Below, one piece after another: positions 60,747 through 64,000 of a stretch of DNA of 64,000 bases. Every line of letters begins with the position of its first letter. Positions within the stretch are counted from its first letter, which is position 1. Source of the stretch: Azolla caroliniana (lineage: Eukaryota > Plantae > Polypodiophyta); NCBI GenBank assembly GCA_043228905.1, contig JBHGNT010000009.1:14322001-14386000 (forward strand). The letters are read 5' to 3'. The notes under the pieces were generated by a model. The model was given only the letters and a program-made list of their open reading frames with translations, did not search any database and was not told where the DNA came from. The position numbers were made by a program, and so were the translations under genes.

Positions 60747-62270
60747 TTGCAACCATTTATAGACGGAACTGCTCTTCTTCAGCTCCTTAAAGTATGTGGA
60801 AAACAGAGGAACCCACCCAATGCAATCCGAAAGGATTTGTCCCGAAAGATCAATGGATTGCCACAGCCATTATTACCATGCTTTCTAAATGTGGAGCCCT
60901 CAGGACAAGCTAACGCTATATTCAAAGAAATGAGAAGTCAGAATGTTGTCACTTGGAATGCTATGATCTCATGCTATATCCAACGTCATCTCCATGACAT
61001 AGCTTTGCGACGATTTGTTTCAATGCAAGGCGAGCGTATATTGCCTTACGTTTTCACTTTTATCTGTCTACAGGAAGCTTGTGTAAGCATAAGATCAAAT
61101 GTCATGGGAAAGAGATACATGCCGAGGTCAAGAGAGTTGGTCTTCGTTAAAAGAAGATGCTGTGCTTGGCAGTGCATCGGTAAACATGTATGCTAAATGT
61201 AGTGTGCTTGAAAAAGCATGTAAAATATTAGAAGAGATTCTGGAGAGAAATATTGTATTGTGGAATGCACTTATTGAAGGGTATGTTTAATACCGGCATG
61301 GTAATGAAGCATTAAGCTGTGTCAAAAAAATGCAAGATTAGGATATCTCACCAGACTCTCTCAAATATATCACAGTTTTGAAAGCATGTGGAAGCATAGG
61401 ATTGCTGGAGATGGGAGAAGAGACATGAAGAAGTGAAGAGGAAAGGTTTATTGGGAAAACACTTTTGTTAGGAAAACACTTTTGTTATTGGCGACGAGCG
61501 TTGTGATGGGTACTGCATTGATCAACATGTATACGAAGTGTGGTACTTTGGAGAAAGCATATAAAGTGTTAAAAGAGCTTCAGAAACGTAATGTTGTGGC
61601 TTGGAATGCATGGATTGCATGGGCTTGGTGATGAACTTTGAAATTGAGGTCTATGTATGTGGACAGAATCTCACCAGACACTGTAATTTTAATTCTTGTT
61701 TTCAAATCTTGTGGAAGCGTTGAACTTCTTGATATCAGAGTGAAAATATACGCAACTATAAAGAGGGCCTTTTAGGCAAAGATATTGTATTGGGATCTGC
61801 ATCTGTAGATATGTTTTCCAGGTGTGGCATGATGCAAAAAGCATTGTATGCATTTGAGGAGATTGTACACAAGAACGTGGTTTCATCAAATTCATTGATT
61901 AGAGGGTATGCTCAGTTGGGCTTAACCAAAATGATACTCCATAAGAAATAAGAGTACAAGGTACTTTGTCAGATTCGGTTAGTTTCCATGCCCTAGTGAT
62001 TTTTGATGATATGTTTAATCTGTATGGTCTTTCTCCTTCTTTAGATCACTATACGTGTATGGTTGATCTATTTGGTCGAGCTGGAAATTGCAAGAAAGTT
62101 TGAATGAACCTTGGTAAACTCTTGGATTCTTCTTGCAAGCTGAGCATTTGAGAAATTAATCCCTTTAGACAAAAGGTGCACCGCTGCATATGTTTGCATG
62201 AAAAATCTATGTGATATGCTGTAGGGTTGCATGAAGAAGCTGTGAAAGTTGAAACTCAGAGGCTGAAAAT
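60747..62270 (+). pseudogene. PLS-class (E-type) PPR pseudogene
   Basis: NVVTWNAMISCY, VNMYAKCSVLEKA...RNIVLWNALIEGY, LINMYTKCGTLEKA, DHYTCMVDLFGRAG and an E-domain-like AFEKL...AAYVCM; many stops and frameshifts; no introns seen. Confidence 0.85.
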
Positions 62271-62749
62271 GAAGCATGTAAGGATGTAAGGTGATTGGAC
62301 ATTGATGGAAAAATCCATTGAATTAGAATGCTAACTGAGAAAATAGAGATATGCCATACACACCTCAATCACCCTTCATTGAATGTCCCATGTAATGGAC
62401 AACCCACCCATAATATATGTAAATTTGATGATTGTGGGTAAGTTGAAAATTTTGACGAATTTGTGCGTGTGTGTCTCCCTCTCTACTACTAGTGTGAGAA
62501 ATGCAATGCTACCCTTGGTTTTGAAGTATGCCTGCATTCATCTTTCCACTTTTTGTACTATTGGCTGGGACTACCCAAAAAGGTCTTAAAATTTTCAAGT
62601 ATTGTCTAAATACTACTAAATTTTAAACTTTGGAAGTTACCCTTCTGGTAAAGGGTATTAACACCACTAATATGAAATACCAAGAGTTCAATATGCCCTT
62701 AAATGAAGGTCTAATTGTTGAAATCGTGTGTATGCCCAAAAGTGGGGAT

Positions 62750-63250
62750 GCATAGAATTGTAAAGTTAAGATAGAGACAACTTTTATATAGGTGCACTCA
62801 CATTATAGATTGTATATGTAAAGCAAAAACAACATTTATGGAGGTGTGTTGACAATACATCAGCCGTAAATTTAAGGCAAAAACAACTTTTAGCTGTATT
62901 CACAATATTTATATATATGTTTATATATGTAGTATGGAATTGTAAATTTAAGATAGAGAGAACTTTTATATAGGTGCACTCACATATTAGACTGTAAAGC
63001 AGAAACAGTTAGGTGTATTCACAATACATATGCTGTAAATTTAAGGTAAAAACAATTTTTACAGAGGTGTATTCACAATATATATATGTATGTATATGTA
63101 TATACATTATAAAATTGTTTTAAGGCATAAACAACTTTTACAAAAGTGTATTCATCTTTTATATTGTAAATTTTAAGGGGAAACAACTGTAATGGAAGTG
63201 TATTCACCTTACATATTTTAAAGTTAAAGCAGAAATAACTTTAATGGACA
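62750..63250. repeat. Degenerate AT-rich minisatellite, unit about 55-65 bp
   Basis: Recurrent tgtaaa(g/t)ttaag...aacaacttt...gtgtattcac, about 8 copies. Confidence 0.7.
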
Positions 63251-64000
63251 ACAACATCTGTCTAAGTAGATGTTGCCTTTAGCACAATGAATATATATGT
63301 AGTGTTAGTGCCACCAAAGCAAAAGCTGGTAGAATAATGCATTAGATGTTTCTCTTTGATCTTTGGGTTTCCCTCCTTTGATTAGCCCGCAATGTTGAGC
63401 AACTAGAGAAGAAAAATTGTTACATGTATCACCTATTCTCCCTTCACAAGAAGAATGGAAATAGTGTGATTGACTATGTGTTACTTTTTGAAGGTATCTT
63501 GGATCGCATACACAAGTTCGGACTTGGTGAATTGACATGAGAATGTGATCATATGACTATTATTGACCTCAAAAGCCTGGAAATGTCTGAGTAGCCTAGC
63601 TTGGAAGGAGATGAAAATGAATTACTAGCAACCTAACATTAACTTAGGCAAATGGAAAGCACATTACTAGGATAGTCTAAGTTTGTTGAATTTTATTTTT
63701 GATTTTGAAAAGATTAAAAATCTCCTATCCTTATGTAGCAAATAATGCTCAAAGTTTGTGAACAAATTTACAAGTTTGTAGAATGAGATTGTTATTAGTC
63801 AACCCCAAGAAGGCATCAATGAATTTCAAGCAATTGGCACAAATAGCATTCATATTTGTAGAATACAAGCTATTTCTAAAAGTAATTGTGTACTAAATGA
63901 GAGATACCTCGTACAAAGACTTTCACCCAGAGATATATGTATACCTTTATCCCATGCAAACATATCAAAGATAATATCGGAAATGCTTATCTTTGTATGG

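Overview
Eukaryotic plant DNA, probably a seed-free vascular plant such as a fern (inferred from a PLS-class PPR relic, a Tcn1-like chromovirus and non-chromovirus gypsy elements). The left 14 kb holds two spliced minus-strand genes: an 8-exon GGCT/ChaC-fold-like gene with a GC-AG first intron, and a 4-exon DUF936 (CORD-family) gene. Between them lie a MULE relic and a hAT-like MITE. From about 15.6 to 60.4 kb is a retrotransposon nest that can be resolved by target-site duplications (TSDs). Old chromovirus A contains gypsy B (tRNA-Trp PBS, 4-bp TSD), which contains the intact young Tcn1/sushi-like chromovirus C (self-priming PBS, -1 frameshift signal). A Tork/Tnt1-like copia contains non-chromovirus gypsy D1, which contains related gypsy D2. 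A second copia LTR contains the young non-autonomous Gag-PR element E. A decayed LTR element F and a PPR pseudogene follow. Most striking: D1 and D2 have dissimilar LTRs, yet neither has a polypurine tract (PPT). Instead, 2 nt before the 3' LTR, both carry a conserved 40-nt copy of a tRNA-Arg-like T-arm and 3' acceptor strand, split by a 13-nt hairpin with a compensatory base pair. This reads as a second, inverted, bipartite primer-binding site and suggests tRNA-primed plus-strand synthesis. All tRNA and lineage assignments are from memory and need database confirmation.
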